Origin: Verrucomicrobiia bacterium
Lineage (GTDB): Bacteria > Chloroflexota > Limnocylindria > Limnocylindrales > CSP1-4
Assembly: GCA_035607275.1 (NCBI GenBank)
Contig: DATNBW010000180.1
Location: 1-54,602, forward strand
Direction of reading: 5' to 3'
Length of the DNA stretch: 54,602 nt
The notes below the pieces were generated by a model. The model was not told the origin of the DNA. It made no database searches and saw only the letters and a list, made by a program, of their open reading frames with translations. Positions 19,109-26,699 of this stretch are shown here, piece after piece. The position numbers and the translations under genes are program-made. Numbering within the stretch: the first letter of the stretch is position 1; each line of letters opens with the position of its first letter.

Positions 19109-19340
19109 CCCGTTCAGTGGCGGAGTTCCCATACGCCAGCCTGGCGAGCATTCGGCGTGCGAATCGGGCTCCAGCCGCTGCCGTCGGGCTCCAAATCACT
19201 GTGAATCAGCCGTCCGCGGCTAACTCGACGCCGACCGAGCCTCGTCCGATTGGCCGCGGCACGCCTAACGCGCGCTCCACTGGCATATGCGCGACTGCGG
19301 GCCGCTGGCACCGACCCGAGGTCCGCGAGGCCCCGGCCCG

Positions 19341-21050
19341 ATGACCGACACCGCCGTCCCGAAGCGCCGCAAGACGTCGAGCAAGCCGGACGCCCCCGCC
19401 GTCGGGCCGGAGACCGCACCGGACAAGACCCCCCACCCGGCACCGCGGGCGAAGGACGCGCCACGGACGATGCGCGAGCTGCGGATCGCCCGCCAGGGCA
19501 AGCGCAAGGCCCCGCCCAGGCAGGACGACAACCCGCTTCGCGAAGGGCTCCGCCTCGAGCGGGTTCCGGACCCGAGCGTCCTCGTCCTCTTCGGGGCCAC
19601 CGGCGACCTCGCCCATCGAAAGGTGATCCCGGCGCTCTACCAGCTGTGGCGGACGAACCTCCTGCCCCACGAGTTCGTCGTCCTCGCGATCGGCCGCCGC
19701 GACTACGACGACGACAGCCTGCGGACCGAGCTCCGGACGTCGCTCGAGAAGTACTCGCGCGTCCTGCCGGTCGACGACGCCGCCTGGCGGGGCTTCTCCG
19801 CCCGGATCCGCTACCAGAAGCTCGACTTCGCGAACCCGGCCGACTACGACGGCCTCGTGAAGGTCCTCGACGGGATCGACAAGGAGCAGAACTCGCGCGG
19901 CAATCACCTCTACTACCTCGCGACGCAGCCGTCGGCATTCGCCGAGATCGTCGCCCAGCTCGGCCGGGTCGGGCTCGATCACGAGCTCCACGAGGGCGGC
20001 TGGCGGCGGGTCGTCATCGAGAAGCCGTTCGGCCACGACCTGAACTCGGCGATCCGGCTCAACCGCGAGGTCGGCAAGGTGTTCCGCGAGTCGCAGGTCT
20101 ACCGGATCGATCACTACCTCGGCAAGGAGACCGTCCGGAACCTCCTCGTCTTCCGCTTCGGGAACGGGATCTTCGAGCCGATCTGGAACCGCCGCCACAT
20201 CGACCATATCCAGATCACAGTCGCGGAGACCATCGGGGTCGAGAACCGCGGCGCGTTCTACGAGGAGACCGGCGCCAGCCGCGACTTCCTCCAGAACCAC
20301 CTGCTCCAGCTGATGAGCCTCGTCGCGATGGAGCCGCCCGCCACGTTCGACGCCGATGCGCTGCGTGACGAGAAGGTCAAGGTGATCCGGGCGATCGGCG
20401 AGATGACGCCCGACCAGATGAAGAGCGACGTCGTCCGCGGCCAGTACGGGCCGGGCTGGGTGGCGGCCAAGCCGGTCCAGGGCTATCGCTCGGAACCCGA
20501 GGTCGATCCGGAGTCGGAGACCGAGACGTACATCGCCGCCCGGTTCGAGGTCGACGACTGGCGCTGGTCCGGCGTGCCGTTCTACCTCCGGACAGGCAAG
20601 CGCCTCCCGAAGCGGGCGACCGAGATCGCGATCCAGTTCAAGGAGGTCCCCCACCGGCTGTTCCGCGAATCCGGCTCGGACCCCGACCCGAACCTGCTCG
20701 CGATCCGGATCCAGCCGGACGAGGGGATCATGCTCCGGTTCGGGGCCAAGGTCCCCGGACTCGGCATCGACGTCCGGTCGGTCACGATGGATTTCACGTA
20801 CGGATCGGCGTTCACCGTCGATTCGCCCGACGCGTACGAGACGCTGATCCTCGACGCGCTCCTCGGCGATGCGTCGCTGTTCACGCGGGCCGACGAGGTC
20901 GAGGGTGCCTGGGCCCGGGTCACCCCGATCATCGACACGTGGATGGACGAGGGCGCCCCGGACTTCCCGAACTACGAGGCCGGCACCTGGGGCCCGGACA
21001 CGGCTGATGAGCTGCTGGCTCGGGAAGGCCGAAAGTGGCGCCGGATCTGA
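19341..21050 (+). CDS. zwf: glucose-6-phosphate 1-dehydrogenase with an N-terminal basic/Pro-rich extension
   Basis: LFGATGDLAHRKVIPALYQL, VIEKPFGHD, RIDHYLGKE and QNHLLQL. I chose the ATG at 19341 from the G/C third-position pattern; 19287 and 19470 are alternatives. Confidence 0.9.
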   Translation: MTDTAVPKRRKTSSKPDAPAVGPETAPDKTPHPAPRAKDAPRTMRELRIARQGKRKAPPRQDDNPLREGLRLERVPDPSVLVLFGATGDLAHRKVIPALYQLWRTNLLPHEFVVLAIGRRDYDDDSLRTELRTSLEKYSRVLPVDDAAWRGFSARIRYQKLDFANPADYDGLVKVLDGIDKEQNSRGNHLYYLATQPSAFAEIVAQLGRVGLDHELHEGGWRRVVIEKPFGHDLNSAIRLNREVGKVFRESQVYRIDHYLGKETVRNLLVFRFGNGIFEPIWNRRHIDHIQITVAETIGVENRGAFYEETGASRDFLQNHLLQLMSLVAMEPPATFDADALRDEKVKVIRAIGEMTPDQMKSDVVRGQYGPGWVAAKPVQGYRSEPEVDPESETETYIAARFEVDDWRWSGVPFYLRTGKRLPKRATEIAIQFKEVPHRLFRESGSDPDPNLLAIRIQPDEGIMLRFGAKVPGLGIDVRSVTMDFTYGSAFTVDSPDAYETLILDALLGDASLFTRADEVEGAWARVTPIIDTWMDEGAPDFPNYEAGTWGPDTADELLAREGRKWRRI

Positions 21051-22321
21051 CCTCGGGTGCGGTGCTCGACGCGCCGGTCCGCCCCAACGAGCCGGTCCTG
21101 CGCTGGAAGTCGCGCGCCCACAGCATCGAGGAGGTCGAAGTCGAGCTGGCCCGGATCTGGGCGCAATCGAACCTCGACGGGAGCATCGACGCCGACGGCG
21201 ACCACGTGAACGATCGGCACATCGGCGCCCGGACGAGCGTGATGAACCTGGTCGTCATCGCCGCCCGCCAGGAGGTCGGCGAGCGCTCCGCAGCCACGAT
21301 CCAGCGGCTCGTCGGGCGCCACCCGTCGCGCACGACGATCGTCCAGCCGGCCGATCCGGACGGCCCGTCGTGGCTCGATGCCCAGATCGTCGCCCACTGC
21401 ATCATGCCCCGCGTCGACGCCCCCGAGACCTGCGCCGAGACGATCCACCTGACCTGCGGCGGCGAGTCGGGGCGCCACCTCGACGCGATCGTCGCGCCGC
21501 TCCTGATCCACGACCTGCCGGTCACGGTCTGGTGGCCGGACGAGCCGTCGTTCGGGAGCGCGCCGGTCAACGACCTGCTCGTGATGGCCGATCGGCTCGT
21601 CGTCGACGGATCGGGCTGGCACGGCACGGGGCTGACCCAGCTGCGCAAGATGGCCGCCGCGGCCGATCGCTTCCCGATCGCGATCTCGGACTTCGCGATG
21701 GTTCGCCAGTCGCGCTGGCGGGAGGCGATCGCGGCGATCTTCGACATCCCCGACTTCCTCCCGTACCTCCGCCACCTCCGGCGGATCGCGGTCACGTACG
21801 GCGTCCGCGACGAGTTCGGCGCGGAGACGACGAACATCGTCAAGCCGCTCTACCACGCCGCGTGGCTCGCCTCGCGGCTCGGGATGCAGGTCGTCCGTCC
21901 GCTCGCACCGATGACGGCCGGCGTTGCCCGCAAGCCGACCTCGCGCGGCAGCGGCGGCCGGATCACCACCCTGGCCAATCCCAGCGCCGGGCTGTCCGCC
22001 ACGCTCCGTCTCGAGCGAAGCGACGTGGCGATCGTCATCCGCCCGGTGCTCTCGACGATGCCGGCGGGCACGACGCTCCGGATCGAGCTGCTCGCCGACT
22101 GGCGCGGCTCCGAGCTCCGTGCCGACGTCACCGCCGAGCAGGAAGCCGTTCACGTCCGGGTCTGGCAGGACGGCGTCCATGCCCTCGAACGCGGGTTCAA
22201 CGCGCCGCGCCGGACCGACATCGACCTGCTGGCCGAGGCGATCGAGGCCGGTGGCCGCGATCCCGTCGCGGTCGAAACGCTCGCCCTCGCCGCCCAGCTC
22301 GCCGGAGGTCCGATTTCATGA
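21035..22321 (+). CDS. opcA: glucose-6-phosphate dehydrogenase assembly protein OpcA
   Basis: It sits immediately after zwf, overlapping its end by 16 nt. GTG at 21035 follows GGGAAGG. The sequence (RTSVMNLVV..., LPVTVWWPDEP) is typical of OpcA. Confidence 0.85.
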   Translation: MAPDLTSGAVLDAPVRPNEPVLRWKSRAHSIEEVEVELARIWAQSNLDGSIDADGDHVNDRHIGARTSVMNLVVIAARQEVGERSAATIQRLVGRHPSRTTIVQPADPDGPSWLDAQIVAHCIMPRVDAPETCAETIHLTCGGESGRHLDAIVAPLLIHDLPVTVWWPDEPSFGSAPVNDLLVMADRLVVDGSGWHGTGLTQLRKMAAAADRFPIAISDFAMVRQSRWREAIAAIFDIPDFLPYLRHLRRIAVTYGVRDEFGAETTNIVKPLYHAAWLASRLGMQVVRPLAPMTAGVARKPTSRGSGGRITTLANPSAGLSATLRLERSDVAIVIRPVLSTMPAGTTLRIELLADWRGSELRADVTAEQEAVHVRVWQDGVHALERGFNAPRRTDIDLLAEAIEAGGRDPVAVETLALAAQLAGGPIS

Positions 22322-23106
22322 CCGAGCCCACGCTCGTCACCCTCGCCGACGCGGAGGCCTGCTCGCTCGCGGCCGCCGAACGGATCATCGAGATCCTCGA
22401 CGTCGCGATCGACGACCACGGCGAGGCCCATTGGGTGACGACGGGCGGGTCGACCCCCGCGGCGATCTATCGGCACCTCACCGAGACCTCGCTGCGCGAC
22501 GAGCTCGACTGGCGGAAGGTCCATCTGTGGTGGACGGACGAGCGCTTCGTGCCACCCGATCACCCACTGTCGAATGCCAAGATCGCCGACGAGATCCTCC
22601 TGAGCCCGCACCGGCCCGGCGAGCCCGACAGCGGCGGCGTCCCGATCCCGATCGACCAGATCCATCCGTTCGAGACGAGCGTCGCGATCGGCGAGGGCCA
22701 CGACGAGGACTGGTGTGCACACGCCTACGCCGAGGTCATCCGGGCCGACGGGCCCGATCCCAATGACGCCGGCTGGCCGGTGTTCGACCTGATCCTGCTC
22801 GGGATCGGGCCGGACGGGCACATCCTCTCGGTGTTCCCGAATGCCGCCGCGTTCGACCGCAGCGAGTGGGCGCTCGGTGTTCCCGCACCGACCCATGTCG
22901 AGCCGCACGTCCCCCGGGTCACCCTGAATCCGTCGATCGTGCCCGCCGCGGCCGAGCTGCTCGTCGTCTGTCCCGGCGCGGCCAAGGCAGAGACGCTCCA
23001 CGACATCCTCCGCGGCGAGCGCAATGCCCGAGCGCTCCCGGCCCAGCTGGCCCGCCGGCCGGGTGCGACCTGGATCGTCGATCGCGAGGCCGCCCGGCTG
23101 CTGTGA
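22318..23106 (+). CDS. pgl: 6-phosphogluconolactonase
   Basis: ATGA overlap with the opcA stop and GGAGG upstream. Motifs WVTTGGSTP, WWTDERFVP and LLGIGPDGHILSVFP. Confidence 0.9.
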   Translation: MTEPTLVTLADAEACSLAAAERIIEILDVAIDDHGEAHWVTTGGSTPAAIYRHLTETSLRDELDWRKVHLWWTDERFVPPDHPLSNAKIADEILLSPHRPGEPDSGGVPIPIDQIHPFETSVAIGEGHDEDWCAHAYAEVIRADGPDPNDAGWPVFDLILLGIGPDGHILSVFPNAAAFDRSEWALGVPAPTHVEPHVPRVTLNPSIVPAAAELLVVCPGAAKAETLHDILRGERNARALPAQLARRPGATWIVDREAARLL

Positions 23107-23972
23107 GCGGCGCGACGGAGGCGGAGCCCCGGCCAGAGCGCGTCGTCGTCGCCCCGGACGGCGTTCCGATCGCCGTCTTCCGCTCCGGCGAGGGACCGCC
23201 GCTCGCCCTCGTCCACGGCGCGACCGCGGACCACACCACGTGGCGCACGAGCGGACCGCTGCTCGCCGCCCGCCACGCGCTCCACGCGATCGATCGCCGC
23301 GGGCGGGGCGCGTCCGGCGACGGCGACCAGGGCGAGCCGTACACGATCGAGCGCGAGTTCGACGATCTCGCCGCGGTCGTGGACGCGATCGCCGCCGAGA
23401 CGGGTTCGGCCGTCGACGTCGTCGGGCACTCGTACGGCGGCCGGGTCGGGCTCGGCGCGGCGCTCCGGACCGCGAACCTCCGCCGGCTCGTCTGCTACGA
23501 GGGCGCGCCGCCGGCCGACGGGCGCGGCTACCAGGATGCGGACGCGGGCACGGTCCGGCGGGTCGAGGCGCTCGTCGCCGCGGGCGACCGGGACGAGGCG
23601 CTCGCGACGTTCATGCGCGACGTCGTCGGGATGCCGGAGCCGGACCTCGCCGCCTTCCGGGCCGATCCGATTTGGCCGCGCCGGGCGGCCGCGATCGACA
23701 CGACGATCCGCGAGCTGCGCGCCGAGACGAGCCCGGCCGGATCCATCGACGTCCTGGGCGCGGTTCGCCAGCCGGTGCTCCAGATCCTCGGCGGCGCGAG
23801 CACGGAGCCCTTCGCGGCCGCGACGCACGCCCTCGACGCGCGGCTGCGGAGCGGGCGGGTCGTCACGATCGCCGGCGCGCGGCACGCCGCCCACCACACA
23901 CACGCCGCCGAGTTCGTGGCCGCGATCGAGGCCTTCCTCGCCGATCCGGACGTGGCAGACTCCGCGTCATGA
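23103..23972 (+). CDS. alpha/beta hydrolase fold protein
   Basis: GTGA overlap with the pgl stop. It has the nucleophile elbow VVGHSYGG and a C-terminal GARHAAH. Confidence 0.8.
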   Translation: MSGATEAEPRPERVVVAPDGVPIAVFRSGEGPPLALVHGATADHTTWRTSGPLLAARHALHAIDRRGRGASGDGDQGEPYTIEREFDDLAAVVDAIAAETGSAVDVVGHSYGGRVGLGAALRTANLRRLVCYEGAPPADGRGYQDADAGTVRRVEALVAAGDRDEALATFMRDVVGMPEPDLAAFRADPIWPRRAAAIDTTIRELRAETSPAGSIDVLGAVRQPVLQILGGASTEPFAAATHALDARLRSGRVVTIAGARHAAHHTHAAEFVAAIEAFLADPDVADSAS

Positions 23973-24217
23973 GCGACGTCGTCTACTGGATCATCATCGG
24001 GTTCATCGCCGGCGCCCTGTCAGGGATGCTCGTCGGCGGCCGCACCGCCCGTGGCTGCCTCCCGAACATCGTCGTCGGGATCCTCGGTGGGGTCGTCGGC
24101 GGGTGGATCGGGCGCCAGCTCGGGTTCGAAGGCGCTCCGGGGTTCGTCGCGGCCCTGATCGGGGCAATCGTCGTCCGGGTCGTCCTCGAGGCGATCACCC
24201 CGAAGGATCGCCGCTGA
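23969..24217 (+). CDS. GlsB/YeaQ/YmgE family (transglycosylase-associated) small membrane protein
   Basis: ATGA overlap with the hydrolase stop. It is 82 aa with Gly-rich TM segments (WIIIGFIAGALSGMLVGG, IVVGILGGVVGGWIG). Confidence 0.8.
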   Translation: MSDVVYWIIIGFIAGALSGMLVGGRTARGCLPNIVVGILGGVVGGWIGRQLGFEGAPGFVAALIGAIVVRVVLEAITPKDRR

Positions 24218-24257
24218 CGGCTCCCCTCGGGCGACGGCGCGACCGCCCGGCGCGGGC

Positions 24258-24263
24258 TACCAT
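24258..24263 (+). promoter_or_regulatory. candidate -10 hexamer TACCAT exactly 6 nt upstream of the citrate synthase ATG (leaderless geometry)
   Basis: The plus strand reads GCTACCATCGACCCATG. No Shine-Dalgarno sequence is present. Confidence 0.35.
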
Positions 24264-24269
24264 CGACCC

Positions 24270-25406
24270 ATGACGAACTCGACGGCACCGACCGCGACAG
24301 CTCCATCCGCGGCGCCCGACAACCGGCCCTATTCGCCCGGCCTGGAGGGCGTCCTCGCCGGCGAGACGTCCCTGAGCCAGGTCGACGGCGCGAACGGCCG
24401 CCTGATCTACCGCGGCTACCGGATCGGCGATCTCGTCGAGCACGGCACGTACCCCGCCGTCGCCAATCTGCTCTGGACCGGCGACTGGGATCCGGCGGCC
24501 CGGATGGCCACGGCGCCCGTTCCCGACGCGGTCCTGGCGACCCTCCGCGCGCTGCCGAAGACGGCCAAGCCGATGGACGCGCTGCGGACCGCGGTCTCGG
24601 CCTGGGGCGCGACCGAGGCGCCGCCGTACCCGCCGACCGTCGAGCAGGCTCGCGCCCTGACGGCGTTCTCGCCGTCGGCGCTGGCGGCCTTCGCCCGGAT
24701 CCGTGAGGGCAAGGAGCCGGTCGAGCCGGATCCGTCGCTCGATCTCGTCGAGGGCTTCCTCTACCAGCTCACCGGCGACCGGCCCGAGCCCGCGACGAGC
24801 CGCGCTCTGGACGCCTATTTCATCGTCGGAGCCGAGCACGGATTCAATGCCTCGACGTTCACGGCCCGCGTCGTGATCGGGACGAACTCCGACATCGCCT
24901 CGGCCGTGGTCGCCGCGATCGGCACGATGAAGGGGCCGCTTCACGGCGGGGCCCCGTCCGAAGTCGTCGATCAGCTGGCGAAGATGGGCTCGGTCGAGCA
25001 TGCCGAGGCCTGGCTCCGGGGCGCCCTCGACCGCCACGAGCGGCTGATGGGCTTCGGCCATCGCGTCTATCGCGCCTACGACCCGCGGGCCGCGGCACTG
25101 CGCAAGGTCGCGGAGGGGATGGAGCACAAGCCCGACTGGCTTCACCTGGCGATCCAGGTCGAGGACATGGCCCTGCGCCTGCTCGCCGAAAAGTACCCGG
25201 ATCGGCCGTTGAAGACCAACGTCGAGTTCTATGCCGCCCCCGTCCTGTCCGGCGTCGGCCTGACCCCGGACCTGTTCACCGCGACCTTCTCGCTGGCCCG
25301 CCATGCCGGCTGGACTGCCCATGTCCTCGAGCAGGCCGCGAGCAACCGCCTGATCCGCCCCGACGTCCGGTACATCGGCCCCGCGGAGCGCGACCTGCCG
25401 AGCTGA
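24270..25406 (+). CDS. citrate synthase (small, about 380 aa type)
   Basis: GLEGV...S, HGGAPS, GFGHRVYRAYDPRA and NVEFY match the citrate/2-methylcitrate synthase family. Confidence 0.9.
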   Translation: MTNSTAPTATAPSAAPDNRPYSPGLEGVLAGETSLSQVDGANGRLIYRGYRIGDLVEHGTYPAVANLLWTGDWDPAARMATAPVPDAVLATLRALPKTAKPMDALRTAVSAWGATEAPPYPPTVEQARALTAFSPSALAAFARIREGKEPVEPDPSLDLVEGFLYQLTGDRPEPATSRALDAYFIVGAEHGFNASTFTARVVIGTNSDIASAVVAAIGTMKGPLHGGAPSEVVDQLAKMGSVEHAEAWLRGALDRHERLMGFGHRVYRAYDPRAAALRKVAEGMEHKPDWLHLAIQVEDMALRLLAEKYPDRPLKTNVEFYAAPVLSGVGLTPDLFTATFSLARHAGWTAHVLEQAASNRLIRPDVRYIGPAERDLPS

Positions 25407-25409
25407 TCG

Positions 25410-26552
25410 CTAGCGCGCCGCGGCCGGGGTCATGGCGGCGCTCTCGGCCGTCGCGCGAACCCGCTCGGCGATCCGGTCGACGACGTAGCGCGCGTCGCGT
25501 CCGGCGCCGCCCACGAGCATCGACGTGAAGGCGTAGGTGAACGGGATGCCGAGGTAGTACAGGCCCGGGACGGTCGGGCTGACCCCGCGGACCTCCTCGG
25601 GCCAGCCGTCACGACCGGCGACCGGCGCTCCGATCCACGAGTAGTCGCGGCGATACCCGGTGCACCAGATCACATTGGCCACGTCGAGCACGGTGCCGTC
25701 GGCAAGGACCGGCTTGCCGTCCTTCACGCCGACCGTCCTCGCGTCGTGGCGCTCGACGCCGGCCGCGTCCAGGTCGGGCAGGCGCACCCGGAGGAGGGGC
25801 GCGCCGCCCGATCCGCTGCGGATCGCGGCTCGCATCCGCTTGCCCATCGGCGTCCGGATCGTCAGGAGGTGACTGAAGACGAACGTGATGATCGGCCAGA
25901 CGATCCGGGCGCGCGGGGTGTCGATGACCCGGAACGGAATTTGGCCATGGAAGGCTCCCGACAGGATCGTCCGATGGCTGGCCGCGACCTCGAACGCGAT
26001 GTCTCCGCCCGAGTGGGCCAGCCCGACGACGAGCACGGGCCCGTCCTGGAGCTGGCTCGGGTTGCGGTACTCGTCCGAGTGGAGTTGGCGGATCGCCGGG
26101 TCGAGTTGGCCGGCGAACGCTGGCACGTTCGGGATCCGGAACGGCCCCGTCGCGACGACGACCTGGCGAGCGCTGATCGAGCGTCCGCCGGCCGTGACGA
26201 CGAACCCGTCACCGCCCGCGTCGCGCTCGACGCGCTCGACACGCACGCCGCTCCGGACCGGCAGCCCCAAGCGGTCCGCGTACGTCGCGAGGTAGTCGCC
26301 CATCTCGCGACCGGTCGGGTAGTGGTAAGCGGCAGCCGGGAACGGGAAGCCGGGCAACCCGTCCGATCGCGCCGGGCTGTAGAGGCGGAGCGAATCCCAG
26401 CGCTCCCGCCAGTGGTCGCCGATCCGCGCGTCGGCGTCGAGGATCACGAACTCCATGCCCCGCTTCGCGAGGTGATAGCCGGCAGACAGGCCCGCCTGGC
26501 CGCCGCCGATGACCACGGTGTCGATTCGCTCCGTTGCCGTCTCGCCGTTCAT
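25410..26552 (-). CDS. FAD/NAD(P)-dependent oxidoreductase, flavin-containing monooxygenase-like (CzcO-like)
   Basis: Two dinucleotide-binding motifs: VVIGGGQAGLSAG and VLVVGLAHSGGDIA. AGGGG lies upstream of the ATG. Confidence 0.8.
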   Translation of the reverse strand: MNGETATERIDTVVIGGGQAGLSAGYHLAKRGMEFVILDADARIGDHWRERWDSLRLYSPARSDGLPGFPFPAAAYHYPTGREMGDYLATYADRLGLPVRSGVRVERVERDAGGDGFVVTAGGRSISARQVVVATGPFRIPNVPAFAGQLDPAIRQLHSDEYRNPSQLQDGPVLVVGLAHSGGDIAFEVAASHRTILSGAFHGQIPFRVIDTPRARIVWPIITFVFSHLLTIRTPMGKRMRAAIRSGSGGAPLLRVRLPDLDAAGVERHDARTVGVKDGKPVLADGTVLDVANVIWCTGYRRDYSWIGAPVAGRDGWPEEVRGVSPTVPGLYYLGIPFTYAFTSMLVGGAGRDARYVVDRIAERVRATAESAAMTPAAAR

Positions 26553-26591
26553 GTCGCACCCCTGGGTCTGACGCTCGTTCGTTGGCTCGGA

Positions 26592-26617
26592 GGCGACCGA
26601 CAGGCCTGCCGGTCGCC
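26592..26617. promoter_or_regulatory. 26-bp near-perfect palindrome (13+13, one mismatch) between the LuxR-type gene and the FMO-like gene
   Basis: ggcgaccgacagg|cctgccggtcgcc. It lies 40-65 nt upstream of the FMO-like ATG and 83 nt downstream of the regulator stop. It could be an operator or a terminator hairpin. Confidence 0.35.
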
Positions 26618-26699
26618 GATCTCGACACTAGGCGGTCCCGGCAGGACGGCGCATCCGTGGAGATACCCAATCGGTGGCAACCGTCGAATGGGTACCGGC

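Noticed and set aside
19287-19340. Upstream ATG at 19287 as the zwf start
   Set aside because: Third-position G/C drops in these 18 codons (13/17 by my count) compared with the segment after 19341. It remains possible.
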